Origin: Thermodesulfobacterium commune DSM 2178
Lineage (GTDB): Bacteria > Desulfobacterota > Thermodesulfobacteria > Thermodesulfobacteriales > Thermodesulfobacteriaceae
Assembly: GCF_000734015.1 (NCBI RefSeq)
Contig: NZ_CP008796.1
Span: 1,732,046-1,764,045, forward strand
Direction: 5' to 3'
Length of the DNA stretch: 32,000 nucleotides
A program made the position numbers and the translations under genes. This document shows, piece after piece, positions 1 through 10,108 of the stretch. Numbering within the stretch: position 1 is the stretch's first letter; each line of letters opens with the position of its first letter. The notes beneath the pieces were generated by a model. It was not told the origin of the DNA, ran no database searches, and saw nothing but the letters and a program-made list of their open reading frames with translations.

Positions 1-1
1 G

Positions 2-712
2 GGTGTAAGTTTTGATGCTCTGGATGGTAGCATTACCACAATTCTTGGCCCAAATGGTTCAGGGAAAACCACACTTTTTAAATGCATAATCGGACTGTGG
101 AAACCTCATAAAGGCGAGGTTATGGTTGATGGTGTTTCTGTAGATAAGCTTTCTTTCAGAAAAAGGGCAAGGATTTTTTCGGTGGTTCCTCAGGAGCATG
201 AACCTCCTTTTCCCTATTCAGTTTTTGATGTGGTTTTGATGGGCAGAGCAAGCTATGTTGGAGTTTTTTCATCTCCTGGTAAAAGAGATTATGAAATGGC
301 TGAAGAGGCTTTAAAAATAGCTGGAATTGAACATTTAAGAGATGTGCCCTACACAAAAATAAGTGGTGGAGAGAGACAGCTTACCTTGATTGCAAGAGCT
401 CTTTGCCAGAATGCTCCTGTGATGTTACTTGATGAGCCGACCTCACATCTTGATTTTAGAAATCAGATAACTCTGCTTAAAAAAATCAAGGAAATTGCAG
501 GACAGAGAAAATTGACTGTTGTTATGACCCTACACGATCCAAATCTGGCAGGTATTTTTTCTGATAAGGTGGTTGTAATTAACTCAGGAACCAAGGTAGC
601 AGAAGGAAGTCCTGAAGAAGTTCTTACAGAGGATTTGATTAAAAGAGTTTATGATGTTGAGGTAAGAAAAACTCAGATTAACGGACGAAGTATAATATGT
701 CCTGTTTTGTAG
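2..712 (+). CDS. ABC transporter ATP-binding protein, FecE/FepC/BtuD-like (5' end outside window)
   Basis: The reading frame is open from the window start. Walker A GPNGSGKT, ABC signature ISGGERQ, Walker B MLLDEPTSHLD, H-loop TLHD. The stop TAG 710-712 overlaps the AGGAGG Shine-Dalgarno of the next gene. Confidence 0.85.
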   Translation, partial: GVSFDALDGSITTILGPNGSGKTTLFKCIIGLWKPHKGEVMVDGVSVDKLSFRKRARIFSVVPQEHEPPFPYSVFDVVLMGRASYVGVFSSPGKRDYEMAEEALKIAGIEHLRDVPYTKISGGERQLTLIARALCQNAPVMLLDEPTSHLDFRNQITLLKKIKEIAGQRKLTVVMTLHDPNLAGIFSDKVVVINSGTKVAEGSPEEVLTEDLIKRVYDVEVRKTQINGRSIICPVL

Positions 713-722
713 GAGGATTAAA

Positions 723-3128
723 ATGCTCAAAATAGTTTCCATCGTTTGGCAGAGCTATTACAATGCAGTTTTAAGAGCATCAAAAAGTATTAAAGAGTTT
801 AAGATAAAAGTCTACTCAGCAAGAGTCCTTGACTCAAAACCTGAGAGGCTTGATGAAGTCTTGAAAGAGATTAAAGATGCTGATATTTTATTTCTTTATC
901 GTTCAACAGAACCAGTTTGGGAAGAGATAGAAAAAACAATAAAGAAAGAGGGTTTAAAAGCAAAAATAGTATGCCTTGGGCATGATCCTTCTTACTGGAT
1001 GCTTTCCAATGTAGACCATAAGATTGTGCATAAAGCATATAAATATCTCGTGATAAATGGGGAAAAAAATATTAAAAATCTATTTCTCTTTCTTGCTAAT
1101 GAGCTCACCGGTTTAAATATTCTTTATGATGAACCCGAAGAAATTCCATGGGAAGGGCTATATCACCCAAGGGCAGAAATCATTTTTACTGATGTTGAGG
1201 AATATCTCAGCTGGTATCAAAGATACAAACCTCATACATACGGAAAAAATCCCACAGTTGGAATACTTTTTTCGAGGCATTACTGGATAAACGGTAATAC
1301 CGAGGTTGAGGATTTGCTTATTGAAGAGCTTGAGGCAAAGGGATTTAATGTAATCTCAGCGTTTGCCTATTCTGTAAAGGATAATGCTTTAGGAACAAAG
1401 GGTAGCGGAGAGGTAATATTAGATTGGTTCTTTGATGAGCATGGTACACCAAGAATTGATATTATGGTGAAGCTTATCTCCTTTTTCTTGGGAACTAACA
1501 GAGAAAAGACAATAGATAACACTGAAGTAGCCGCAGATGGAGTTGAGATTCTGAAAAGGCTTAATGTGCCGGTTATTTCACCCGTCTCTTCTTATTATAA
1601 AACAATTGAAGAATGGGAAAAGGAAGATTTAAATCTTGATATTGGTTGGTCTATTGCGCTTCCTGAGTTTGAAGGAGTCATTGAGCCAGTTATTATTTCT
1701 GCGCAAAAAGAAGGCTCTGAAGATGAAAGGATAAAAGTCCCAATAAGAGAAAGGGTGAAAAAACTTGTAGAAAGGATTTCTCGATGGGTTGAGCTTAAAA
1801 AAACTCCTGCCCATGAAAGAAGGGTTGCCTTTATACTTCACAACAACCCATGTGCCTCTGTTGAAGCAACGGTTGGCTCAGCTGCTTATCTTGACAGCAT
1901 TGAAAGTGTAGTTGAGATTATGAAAAAGATGAAAGAATCTGGCTACAATGTTGATCCACCTGAGAACGGAAAAGCCTTGATAGATGAGATAATGAGTAAA
2001 AAGGCAATTTCAGAGTTCAGATGGACAACTGTTGAAGAAATCGTTGAAAAAGGTGGTGTTATTGCTTTAGTTGATAAGGAAAAATATCTTGAATGGTTCA
2101 ATGAACTTCCTCCCAAGACCCGTTTAAAAATGATTGAGGCATGGGGAGAGCCTCCAGGGGAACACAAAAATGAAATACCTCCTGCAATGGTTTACGATGG
2201 AAAAATCGTAATCACAGGGCTTAGATTTGGAAATGTTTTGGTTATGGTTCAACCAAAAAGAGGATGTGCAGGAGCAAGATGCGATGGACAGGTCTGTAGA
2301 ATACTTCACGATCCCGATACACCACCACCTCATCAGTATGTGGCAACGTATAAGTGGCTTTCCCGTGAGTTTAAAGCTCATGCAGTAGTTCATGTAGGCA
2401 CTCATGGAAATCTTGAATTTTTGCCAGGTAAAGGGGTTGCCCTTTCTCAAGCCTGTTTTCCTGACATTGGTATTGATACAATGCCTCACCTTTATATTTA
2501 CAATGCCGACAATCCACCTGAGGGTACCATCGCCAAGAGACGCTCTCTGGCAGTTCTTGTTGATCACATGCAGACTGTCCTTACGGAAGGAGGACTTTAC
2601 GATGAACTTTTAGAGCTTGACAGACTCCTTGGTGAGTATGAAGAGGCAAAGAAAAAAGAACCTGCAAGGCTTCATGTTCTTGAACACTTGATAATACATG
2701 CGATTACCAAATCAAAGCTTGACAGAGAGATAAAAGTTTTATGGCAGGGCAAGAAGATTTCACTTTCAGAGTTAAGCCATGATGAGCTGCATCAGATACC
2801 CTTTGAGAAAATTGTGGAAGAAGCGCATGCAAAGCTTTCGCTTATTAGAAATACCCAGATCCAGGATGGTATGCATGTTTTTGGCAGGGTTCCAGAGGCA
2901 GAAAGAAGGATTGATTTTATTTATTCAATTCTAAGATACGATGCAGGAAGTGAAGTTTCACTGAGAAAAGAGATCGCAAAATTACTTGGATACGAGCTTT
3001 CAGATCTTGTTTCGAATCCTCAGGGTTTTGATCCTGAAAAAGGCAAATCCTACGGTGCAATTTTAGAAGAGATAGACAGGATAGGCAAAGAAGTGATAAA
3101 AAAAGTTTTGTTTCAGGAGGTTAACTGA
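723..3128 (+). CDS. cobN: CobN/BchH-family chelatase large subunit, N-terminal two-thirds (split gene)
   Basis: 801-aa ORF with the CobN-family motif HVGTHGNLEFLPGK. ATG 723 is preceded by AGGAGG (711-716). It ends at TGA 3126-3128, overlapping the next ATG (TGATG). Confidence 0.8.
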   Translation: MLKIVSIVWQSYYNAVLRASKSIKEFKIKVYSARVLDSKPERLDEVLKEIKDADILFLYRSTEPVWEEIEKTIKKEGLKAKIVCLGHDPSYWMLSNVDHKIVHKAYKYLVINGEKNIKNLFLFLANELTGLNILYDEPEEIPWEGLYHPRAEIIFTDVEEYLSWYQRYKPHTYGKNPTVGILFSRHYWINGNTEVEDLLIEELEAKGFNVISAFAYSVKDNALGTKGSGEVILDWFFDEHGTPRIDIMVKLISFFLGTNREKTIDNTEVAADGVEILKRLNVPVISPVSSYYKTIEEWEKEDLNLDIGWSIALPEFEGVIEPVIISAQKEGSEDERIKVPIRERVKKLVERISRWVELKKTPAHERRVAFILHNNPCASVEATVGSAAYLDSIESVVEIMKKMKESGYNVDPPENGKALIDEIMSKKAISEFRWTTVEEIVEKGGVIALVDKEKYLEWFNELPPKTRLKMIEAWGEPPGEHKNEIPPAMVYDGKIVITGLRFGNVLVMVQPKRGCAGARCDGQVCRILHDPDTPPPHQYVATYKWLSREFKAHAVVHVGTHGNLEFLPGKGVALSQACFPDIGIDTMPHLYIYNADNPPEGTIAKRRSLAVLVDHMQTVLTEGGLYDELLELDRLLGEYEEAKKKEPARLHVLEHLIIHAITKSKLDREIKVLWQGKKISLSELSHDELHQIPFEKIVEEAHAKLSLIRNTQIQDGMHVFGRVPEAERRIDFIYSILRYDAGSEVSLRKEIAKLLGYELSDLVSNPQGFDPEKGKSYGAILEEIDRIGKEVIKKVLFQEVN

Positions 3129-4597
3129 TGGAAATTTTAAAGAAGATTGACTGGCAAAGACCAGAATGGAAGGCAATAAAGGAAAAAATTCTTGAAATTA
3201 ACAGAAAGATTGAGGAATCACGTGAGATAGAATCTTTACTTCATGGACTTTCTGGAGGGTATATTCCTCCAGGTCCTTCAGGATTGATAGCCCGTGGAAG
3301 GGATGATGTTTTACCTACAGGGAGAAACTTTTACAGCCTTGATCCCCACAGAGTTCCTACAAAAACTGCCTTTGAGATTGGTAAAAGACTTACTGAAAAA
3401 CTTATTGAAAAGCATGTTACTGAAGAGGGGAGATATCCAGAAAATGTTGCTATTTATTGGCAGTGCTCAGACATCATGTGGGCAGATGGAGAGGGTATGG
3501 GTCAGATTATGTATCTTTTAGGAGTAAAGCCTATATGGCTTTCCAATGGAAGGGTCAAAGGGTTTGAAATAATTCCTTTAAATGAGCTTGGTAGACCCCG
3601 CATTGATGTCACCATCAGGGTCTCAGGTATTACAAGAGACAATTTCCCGATGTGCATCGAACTTATAGATGAGGCCATACAAGTAGTTGCCTCTTTAGAT
3701 GAGCCATTGGATATGAATTTTGTTCGCAAGCATACTTTAGAGTTAATTGCTCAAAATGAAGTTGACTTTCGTTCAGCAACATTAAGAGTTTTCTGCTCAA
3801 TGCCTGGTACCTATCAAGCAGGGACTCAGCTTGCTGTTTATGCTTCGGCATGGAAAGAAGAAAAAGACCTTGCGGAAGTATTTCTTTACTGGAATGGATA
3901 TGCCTACGGAAAGGGAATCTGGGGTGAAAGCAAGCATAAAGAGTTTGCCCAGATTTTAAAAAGCGTTGATATTACTTACAATAAAGTAGTATCAGACGAG
4001 TACGATCTTTTGGGATGTTGCAGTTATTTTGGAACTTATGGAGGAATGACAGCTGCAGCAAGGCATTTAAGTGGTAAGGAGGTAAAAACCTACTATGGAG
4101 ATACAAGAAATCCTGACCATGTAGAGGTAAGAACACTTTCTGATGAGATAAGACGTGTGGTAAGGACAAAGCTTCTAAATCCAAAATGGATTGAGGGAAT
4201 GAAGAGACACGGATATAAAGGTGCTGGGGATATTTCAAAAAGAATAGGAAGAGTCTATGGTTGGGAAGCAACAACTAAAGAAGTTGATGACTGGATATTT
4301 GATGACATAGCAAGAACATTTATCATGAACGAGGAAAATAGAAAATTTTTTGAGGAACATAATCCATGGGCGATGGAAGAGATTGCCAGAAGACTTATTG
4401 AGGCGATGGAGCGCGGATTGTGGAATCCTTCCGAGGATGTAAAAGAGGTCTTGAAGGTATTTTATCTTGAAATTGAAGGCTGGATAGAAGAAAAAATGGG
4501 AGATATTAAAGGGGATTTTCAAGGAGGTTCAATTGATGTTATAACAGCAGAAGAGGTAGAGTTCTGGAAAAATAAAATGAGAGAGGTAATAAAATGA
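3128..4597 (+). CDS. cobN: CobN/BchH-family chelatase large subunit, C-terminal third (split gene)
   Basis: 489-aa ORF with the CobN motif [13 protein letters not shown]. It has its own SD, AGGAGG 3115-3120, 7 nt before ATG 3128. 801+489 aa together equal a normal full-length CobN. Confidence 0.8.
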   Translation: MEILKKIDWQRPEWKAIKEKILEINRKIEESREIESLLHGLSGGYIPPGPSGLIARGRDDVLPTGRNFYSLDPHRVPTKTAFEIGKRLTEKLIEKHVTEEGRYPENVAIYWQCSDIMWADGEGMGQIMYLLGVKPIWLSNGRVKGFEIIPLNELGRPRIDVTIRVSGITRDNFPMCIELIDEAIQVVASLDEPLDMNFVRKHTLELIAQNEVDFRSATLRVFCSMPGTYQAGTQLAVYASAWKEEKDLAEVFLYWNGYAYGKGIWGESKHKEFAQILKSVDITYNKVVSDEYDLLGCCSYFGTYGGMTAAARHLSGKEVKTYYGDTRNPDHVEVRTLSDEIRRVVRTKLLNPKWIEGMKRHGYKGAGDISKRIGRVYGWEATTKEVDDWIFDDIARTFIMNEENRKFFEEHNPWAMEEIARRLIEAMERGLWNPSEDVKEVLKVFYLEIEGWIEEKMGDIKGDFQGGSIDVITAEEVEFWKNKMREVIK

Positions 4598-5604
4598 TAT
4601 TTCCATTTACTGCTATTGTCGATCAGGAAGAGATGAAGCTTGCATTAATTCTTAATGTGATCGACCCAAGCATCGGTGGAGTACTTATTATGGGTGAAAA
4701 AGGAACTGCTAAATCAACAACTGTTCGTGCTTTGGCTGATTTACTTCCTGAGATAGAAGTGGTTAAGGGTTGTAGATTCAACTGTTCCCCGGAAGGGCCT
4801 TTTTGCAGTGATTGTTTAGAAAAAATTAAAAATAACGAAACATTAGAGTTTGAAAAAAAGAAGATGAGAGTGGTTGAGCTTCCACTTGGAGTAACCGAAG
4901 ACAGGGTTGTTGGGAGCCTTGATATTGAGCATGCAATAAAAAAAGGCGAAAAACGCTTTGAGCCAGGTATTCTTGCAGAGGCCAACAGAAACTTTCTTTA
5001 TATTGATGAAGTGAATCTTTTAGAAGATCACATTGTGGATTTACTCTTGGATTCTGCAGCGATGGGAGTAAACACGGTCGAAAGGGAGGGGATCTCCTTT
5101 GTTCATCCTGCAAGATTTATTCTTGTTGGAACCATGAACCCTGAAGAAGGAGAACTCCGTCCACAACTTCTCGACAGATTTGGACTGTGTGTTTTTGTTA
5201 ATTCATTAAAAGAAAAGAGTTTAAGAGTTGAAGTACTTAAAAGAAAAGCCGAATTTGATGATGATCCTGAAGGTTTTTTAAAAAAATGGGAACCTCATCA
5301 ACAAAGCCTTGCCGCAAGGATCATAAAGGCAAAAGAGAATCTTAAAAACGTAAAAATTACTGAAGACGCTCTCTCTAAAGTTGTTGAGATTACTTCTCAA
5401 TTAAATCTTGATGGTCATAGAGCAGACATAGTGATGTTAAAAGCTGCCCGTGCTCATGCAGCGTATAATGAAAGAAAAGAGATTATTCCAGATGATATTA
5501 AAAAAATTGCGCCTTTAGCTTTAAAACACAGGCTTAAAAGACTACCTTTTGAAGAAATCTCAACAGAACTGGAAAAGCTTAACGAAGTTATTACACGAAT
5601 ATAG
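4594..5604 (+). CDS. chlI: Mg/Co-chelatase AAA+ ATPase subunit I (ChlI/BchI-like)
   Basis: 336 aa. Walker [10 protein letters not shown], Walker [17 protein letters not shown] motif. ATGA overlap with the stop of the preceding cobN part; SD-like GAGAGG 4581-4586. Confidence 0.85.
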   Translation: MIFPFTAIVDQEEMKLALILNVIDPSIGGVLIMGEKGTAKSTTVRALADLLPEIEVVKGCRFNCSPEGPFCSDCLEKIKNNETLEFEKKKMRVVELPLGVTEDRVVGSLDIEHAIKKGEKRFEPGILAEANRNFLYIDEVNLLEDHIVDLLLDSAAMGVNTVEREGISFVHPARFILVGTMNPEEGELRPQLLDRFGLCVFVNSLKEKSLRVEVLKRKAEFDDDPEGFLKKWEPHQQSLAARIIKAKENLKNVKITEDALSKVVEITSQLNLDGHRADIVMLKAARAHAAYNERKEIIPDDIKKIAPLALKHRLKRLPFEEISTELEKLNEVITRI

Positions 5605-5605
5605 A

Positions 5606-7420
5606 ATGACTTTTTCAGATTTTGTAGACCAAGAACAGGCAAAACTTGCTCTGATTTTAAATGCAATACTGCCAGACTGTGGTGGACTTCTATTAGTTGG
5701 TAAGAGAGGAACAGGCAAGTCCACCCTCTTAAAAGCTTTCAAAAATATTGTTCAGGCTCTTAATATTCCTTTTGTTGAACTTCCCATGAATTCTACTGAA
5801 GAGGCAGTTTTAGGCGGAATTGATATTGAAGAGACAGTTAAGCAAGGTAGAAGAATTTATCAAAAAGGACTTGTTTCAAAGGCACACGGGGGATTTCTTA
5901 TGATTGAAGATATAAACCTTTTCCCTAATGATATACTCTCCCTGATTTTTGAAGTCCAATCAAGAGGGGAAAATATCATTGAAAGAGAAGGAATTACACT
6001 AAAAGAGCCAGCTAAATTTCAGATTCTTGCAACGATGAACCCAGAGGAAGGAGATTTTTCAGCTCATTTTCTTGATAGATTTGGTATGTGCGTGATTATG
6101 GATGAAATTAAAGATAAAAATAAAAGGATAGAGATCGTAAAACTTAATCTCGACTGTGCAGATCAAAATAAGGATTTTCAGTTAATAGAAAGAATTTTAA
6201 AGTCAAAGGAATTTATCAAACAACTCAGACTTTCAGATGAAATAAAAGAATACATAGCCGAATTAACGCTAAAAGAAGCTGTTTCAGGACATAGGGCTGA
6301 TATATTTTTAATGTATGCCTCAAAGGCCTATGCAGCTTATAAGGAAGAAAAAGAAATCCGAAAAGAACATGTTGATAGGGTTGCTCCTCTTGTTTTTATT
6401 CACAGAAAAAGGCAGGTTGAGAATCCTCAAACAGAAGAGAAAGAACAAGAGCAGAAAAGAAAGGAAAATACAGAGGAAAGAGGAAACAAAGAAAATAAAC
6501 CAAAACATACTTCATCAACTCAATTTTCCGAGCAAGGAAGTCCTCAGGAAAGGCCATCAAGTGAAAAAGAGGAAGTTTTTCCAGTTGGTGACAGCTTTAA
6601 AGTAAAAAGAATTTTATTAAAAAAGGATAGAATTTTGAGAGAAGTTTTTGGAAGAAGAACAAAAACAAAAATAAAAGGTAGAGGAGGAAGATTTGTTAGA
6701 AGTTTAATGCAAAAAAGAGAGGATATTGCCATTTCTGCAACACTTAGAGCAGCAGCCCCATTTCAAAAAGTAAGAGGTAGAAAAGATAAGCTTATCATAA
6801 AAGATCAGGATCTAAGATATAAAGAAAAAGAGAGAAAGATGAGCCATATTGTTATATTTGTTGTGGATGCTTCTGGTTCTATGGGTGTTGAGCAAAGGAT
6901 GATACAAACAAAAGGAGCAATACTGTCTCTTCTTATGGATTGCTATCAGAAAAGAGATAAAGTTGCGATGATTGTTTTCAGAAAAGACCGTGCAGAGGTA
7001 GTTCTCCCCCCAACCTCTTCTCATGACCTTGCTTTAAAAAGACTAAAACAAATTCCCACAGGAGGTAAAACACCACTTTCAGCAGGGCTTATGGAAGCAT
7101 ATAAGTTGATAAAAAGAACATCTTTAAAAGAACCAGAAGCCCGTTTTTTGATGATTCTCGTCACAGATGGCAAAGCTAACGTTCCTATCGCTGAAAAATC
7201 CTCTATCACTTTATTTGAAGAAGTCAGGAAAATCTGTTCTACACTGAAAAATATACCTAAAGTCGATTTTGTAGTCGTTGATACAGAAAAGAAAAATAAA
7301 TTTATAAAAATAGATATGGCACTAAAAATTGCAGAATGGCTTTCTGGTAAATATTTTAAAATAAATACTCTTACATCTGAAAATCTTGTAGAAATTGTAA
7401 AGTTCTATAAGATAGATTAA
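5606..7420 (+). CDS. chlD: Chelatase subunit D (ChlD/BchD-like: AAA+ N-domain, acidic linker, vWA domain)
   Basis: N-terminal AAA+-like domain (GKRGTGKST, FLDRFG) paralogous to ChlI, then a K/E/Q-rich linker, then a C-terminal vWA domain with MIDAS VVDASGSMG. Start placed at ATG 5606, directly after the chlI stop, because MTFSDFVDQEQAKLALILNAI aligns with the ChlI N-terminus. The track's ATG 5549 would overlap chlI by 56 nt. Confidence 0.8.
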   Translation: MTFSDFVDQEQAKLALILNAILPDCGGLLLVGKRGTGKSTLLKAFKNIVQALNIPFVELPMNSTEEAVLGGIDIEETVKQGRRIYQKGLVSKAHGGFLMIEDINLFPNDILSLIFEVQSRGENIIEREGITLKEPAKFQILATMNPEEGDFSAHFLDRFGMCVIMDEIKDKNKRIEIVKLNLDCADQNKDFQLIERILKSKEFIKQLRLSDEIKEYIAELTLKEAVSGHRADIFLMYASKAYAAYKEEKEIRKEHVDRVAPLVFIHRKRQVENPQTEEKEQEQKRKENTEERGNKENKPKHTSSTQFSEQGSPQERPSSEKEEVFPVGDSFKVKRILLKKDRILREVFGRRTKTKIKGRGGRFVRSLMQKREDIAISATLRAAAPFQKVRGRKDKLIIKDQDLRYKEKERKMSHIVIFVVDASGSMGVEQRMIQTKGAILSLLMDCYQKRDKVAMIVFRKDRAEVVLPPTSSHDLALKRLKQIPTGGKTPLSAGLMEAYKLIKRTSLKEPEARFLMILVTDGKANVPIAEKSSITLFEEVRKICSTLKNIPKVDFVVVDTEKKNKFIKIDMALKIAEWLSGKYFKINTLTSENLVEIVKFYKID

Positions 7421-7591
7421 AGATTGTTTTGGTAGAAAATCTACAGTTATTAATTGTATCTATCCCTGCAAAGTAAGAACCTTCTTACTAGAGATACCGC
7501 TTTGTGAACCAAATTCATCTTAGTATTCAAAAAGAAGAAATTTTTCATAGGTTGTAAATTTTTATCGGCAAATTAGGGCTAATGCGTGTGC

Positions 7592-7620
7592 TTGACTTTT
7601 ATACCGGTAAGTTTTAAAAT
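7592..7620 (+). promoter_or_regulatory. Putative sigma70-type promoter for rtcB
   Basis: TTGACT (7592-7597), a 17-nt spacer, then TAAAAT (7615-7620), about 50 nt upstream of ATG 7671 in a 250-bp intergenic gap. Confidence 0.4.
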
Positions 7621-7670
7621 AAAAATAGTTTAAATATTAATACGAAATTTACTTTTGGTAGTTAGGGACT

Positions 7671-9101
7671 ATGGAGCTTAAGAAATTAAAAAGAATTTCA
7701 GAATACGAGTGGGAAATTTCTCCTGTAGGTGATATGAAAGTTCCTGGAAAAATTTTTGCCAGTCAGAAGTTAGTTGAAGAAATGGATGAAAAGGTCTATG
7801 AGCAGGTCTGTAATGTAGCAAGTCTTCCTGGTATTGTGAAGGCTTCTATCGCCATGCCAGATGCTCATTGGGGATATGGGTTCCCTATCGGAGGGGTTGC
7901 TGCCTTTGACCCTGAAGAAGGAGGTATCATCTCTGTCGGTGGGGTGGGATACGATATCTCCTGTGGGGTTAGAACTCTTCTTACTCCCTTAGAAAAAAAC
8001 GAAGTAATTCCTCATTTAGAAACTTTGGTAAAGATGCTTTTTGAAACCGTTCCTTCAGGGGTAGGCTCGGAGGGAACTATAAAGCTTTCCCCCTCTCAAT
8101 TAGATGAGGTCTTAGTTGAAGGGGCTAAGTGGGCGGTAAAAAAGGGGTATGGGATTCCAGAAGATTTGGAGTATATAGAGGAAAAAGGTTGTATGCCTGG
8201 AGCTGACCCCAGCTTTGTGTCTATGGAAGCCAAAAAGAGACAACACAGACAAATAGGGACCTTAGGCTCAGGGAACCATTACTTAGAAATTCAATATGTC
8301 TCAGAGATCTATAATCAGGAAGTAGCTGAGGTGTTTGGTCTTTTTAAAAACCAGGTGGTAGTTACCTTTCATTGTGGTTCTCGGGCTTTGGGGCATCAAA
8401 TCGCTACCGATTATCTTCCTGTTTTAGCCAAGGCTGCAAGGAAATATGGTATCCCTATCAAAGAAAAAGAGTTGGTTTGTGCCCCTATCGACTCTCCTGA
8501 AGGAGAAAGTTATTTTAAAGCCATGGTTTGTGGGATAAACTGTGCTTTAGCCAACCGCCAGGTGATTACCCATTTAGTAAGAGAGGTTTTTCAAGAGATA
8601 TTCCCAGGGATATTCCTTAAAGTACTTTATGATGTTAGTCATAATACCTGTAAAGTGGAACATCACTTAATAAACGGTAAACTAAAAAAGCTTTATGTCC
8701 ATCGTAAAGGAGCTACGAGAGCTTGGGGTCCCGGGAGAAAAGAGTTGCCTAAGGAGTATCAAAAGGTAGGTCAGCCTGTTATCATCGGTGGTTCTATGGG
8801 GACAGCCTCTTACATTTTGGTCGGCACCGAAGAAGGAGAAGAAAAAGCCTTTGGTTCTGCCTGTCACGGAGCAGGAAGGACGATGAGTAGAAATCAAGCT
8901 ATTAAAACTTTTAGGGCAGACCAAATAATAGAAAATCTAAGGAAAAAGGGTATCATAGTAATGGCTAAATCTAAAAAAGGGTTATGTGAGGAAGCACCAG
9001 AGGCTTATAAGGATGTTAACGAGGTAATCGAGGCTACCTGCAAGGCAGGTCTTACCAAAAAGGTAGCTAAGTTAATACCTATAGGTTGTATTAAAGGCTA
9101 A
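7671..9101 (+). CDS. rtcB: RNA 3'-phosphate/5'-OH ligase RtcB
   Basis: 476 aa with RtcB hallmarks: PDAHWGYGFPIGG, GSGNHYLE, HRKGAT, CHGAGR. Confidence 0.93.
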   Translation: MELKKLKRISEYEWEISPVGDMKVPGKIFASQKLVEEMDEKVYEQVCNVASLPGIVKASIAMPDAHWGYGFPIGGVAAFDPEEGGIISVGGVGYDISCGVRTLLTPLEKNEVIPHLETLVKMLFETVPSGVGSEGTIKLSPSQLDEVLVEGAKWAVKKGYGIPEDLEYIEEKGCMPGADPSFVSMEAKKRQHRQIGTLGSGNHYLEIQYVSEIYNQEVAEVFGLFKNQVVVTFHCGSRALGHQIATDYLPVLAKAARKYGIPIKEKELVCAPIDSPEGESYFKAMVCGINCALANRQVITHLVREVFQEIFPGIFLKVLYDVSHNTCKVEHHLINGKLKKLYVHRKGATRAWGPGRKELPKEYQKVGQPVIIGGSMGTASYILVGTEEGEEKAFGSACHGAGRTMSRNQAIKTFRADQIIENLRKKGIIVMAKSKKGLCEEAPEAYKDVNEVIEATCKAGLTKKVAKLIPIGCIKG

Positions 9102-9123
9102 AATCTCGTTAAAAAGGGGGTAG

Positions 9124-9474
9124 GTGATGAAAAAGAGATGGGTTAAGTTTTTAGGTATCGTTTCTGCTGGGTTGTTAGCTTTTGGTTGTAGCTGCCCTAT
9201 CGAAGCTCCAGAGAAGGCAGTAGCTCAACCTGCACCACAACCACCAGCTTGTCCAGAGTGTGTAAAGAAGGTAGAGGATGAGTTAAAAGCTTTAAAGCTT
9301 CAGGTAGAAAGTCTTAAGTCTCAAGTTGACAACCTCAAGGTTGATACAGCAGAGGCCAAGCAAGCTTCTCAAAAAGCAATAGAAGCGGCAAACAAAGCTG
9401 AAGAAGCTGCACAAAAGGCAGAGGCAGCTGCCAAAAAATGCGAAAGAGTTTTTGAAAAAGGATTAAAAAAGTAA
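9124..9474 (+). CDS. Small lipoprotein with Ala/Lys/Glu-rich coiled-coil C-terminus
   Basis: Signal peptide with lipobox LLAFGC, then a heptad-like A/K/E/Q-rich segment. GTG 9124 or ATG 9127 as start; SD AAGGGGG lies upstream. Confidence 0.6.
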   Translation: MMKKRWVKFLGIVSAGLLAFGCSCPIEAPEKAVAQPAPQPPACPECVKKVEDELKALKLQVESLKSQVDNLKVDTAEAKQASQKAIEAANKAEEAAQKAEAAAKKCERVFEKGLKK

Positions 9475-9478
9475 GGTT

Positions 9479-10102
9479 ATGCAGCGTCCTTTTGAAGCAC
9501 TCGGGGAATACTTTGGTATAAGTATTCCCCGAAAAAAGTTAAAGTTAAACGATCCCTTGCTTTTGGAAAAACCCTCTTTTTGCGAGGAAAAGGACTGGTC
9601 TGAGGTGGTTAGCAGGGCCAAACCTCTTAAGGAAAAAAACTTTCTTTGGTTTTTTACCCCTAAAAAACCATTCTGGGACCTTAAAAAGGATTGGCCTCCT
9701 AAAAGAATAGACCTTAAGGTTTGGCTCACTTCAGAATACATAGAAGGTGGTTTTTCCAAGACTTACAAAAGTTTAGTGTATGAATTAAGAGAAGGAAGGT
9801 TTTCTGTTAAAAAAACCTTAAACTTGAGAGGGATGTTTGTAGAGGAGGCCAAAATCGCGTTCGAAGAGTTTTTGAGGGAGGCCATTATAAACGGTGATAA
9901 TTGCGTGCTTATCATCCACGGAAGAGGCCTTTCTTCTAAAAAAGAGCCGGTGCTTAAAACCAAGGTTAAAGAATGGCTTGAAAGGGGACCTTTTAGAAAA
10001 TATGTTATGGCTTTTTGTTCTGCCAGACCTTGTGATGGAGGGTTAGGGGCAACCTACGTCCTCTTATCTTCAAAACCTATCAAAAAGTCTAAAAAGTCGT
10101 AG
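9479..10102 (+). CDS. Smr (MutS2 C-terminal-like) domain protein, SmrA/SmrB-like
   Basis: 207 aa. The C-terminal ~85 aa match the Smr pattern (LNLRGMFVEEA...VLIIHGRGLSS...VKEWL...GGLGATYVLL). Confidence 0.75.
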   Translation: MQRPFEALGEYFGISIPRKKLKLNDPLLLEKPSFCEEKDWSEVVSRAKPLKEKNFLWFFTPKKPFWDLKKDWPPKRIDLKVWLTSEYIEGGFSKTYKSLVYELREGRFSVKKTLNLRGMFVEEAKIAFEEFLREAIINGDNCVLIIHGRGLSSKKEPVLKTKVKEWLERGPFRKYVMAFCSARPCDGGLGATYVLLSSKPIKKSKKS

Positions 10103-10108
10103 TGTTTT

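Noticed and set aside
5549-5605. ATG 5549 as the chlD start
   Set aside because: It would overlap chlI by 56 nt and add 19 residues with no counterpart. ATG 5606 gives an N-terminus parallel to ChlI (…DQE..KLALILN…).
6315-6732. Overlapping ORFs on both strands (6315..6605 +, 6320..6508 -, 6544..6732 -), with the possibility of a repeat array
   Set aside because: They fall in the purine-rich K/E/Q linker of chlD. This is low-complexity coding sequence, with no regular repeat-spacer periodicity.
7473-7488. Hairpin GTAAGAA-CC-TTCTTAC downstream of chlD as a terminator or small RNA
   Set aside because: It has a two-nucleotide loop and no following U-tract on the + strand. I cannot support a call from sequence alone.
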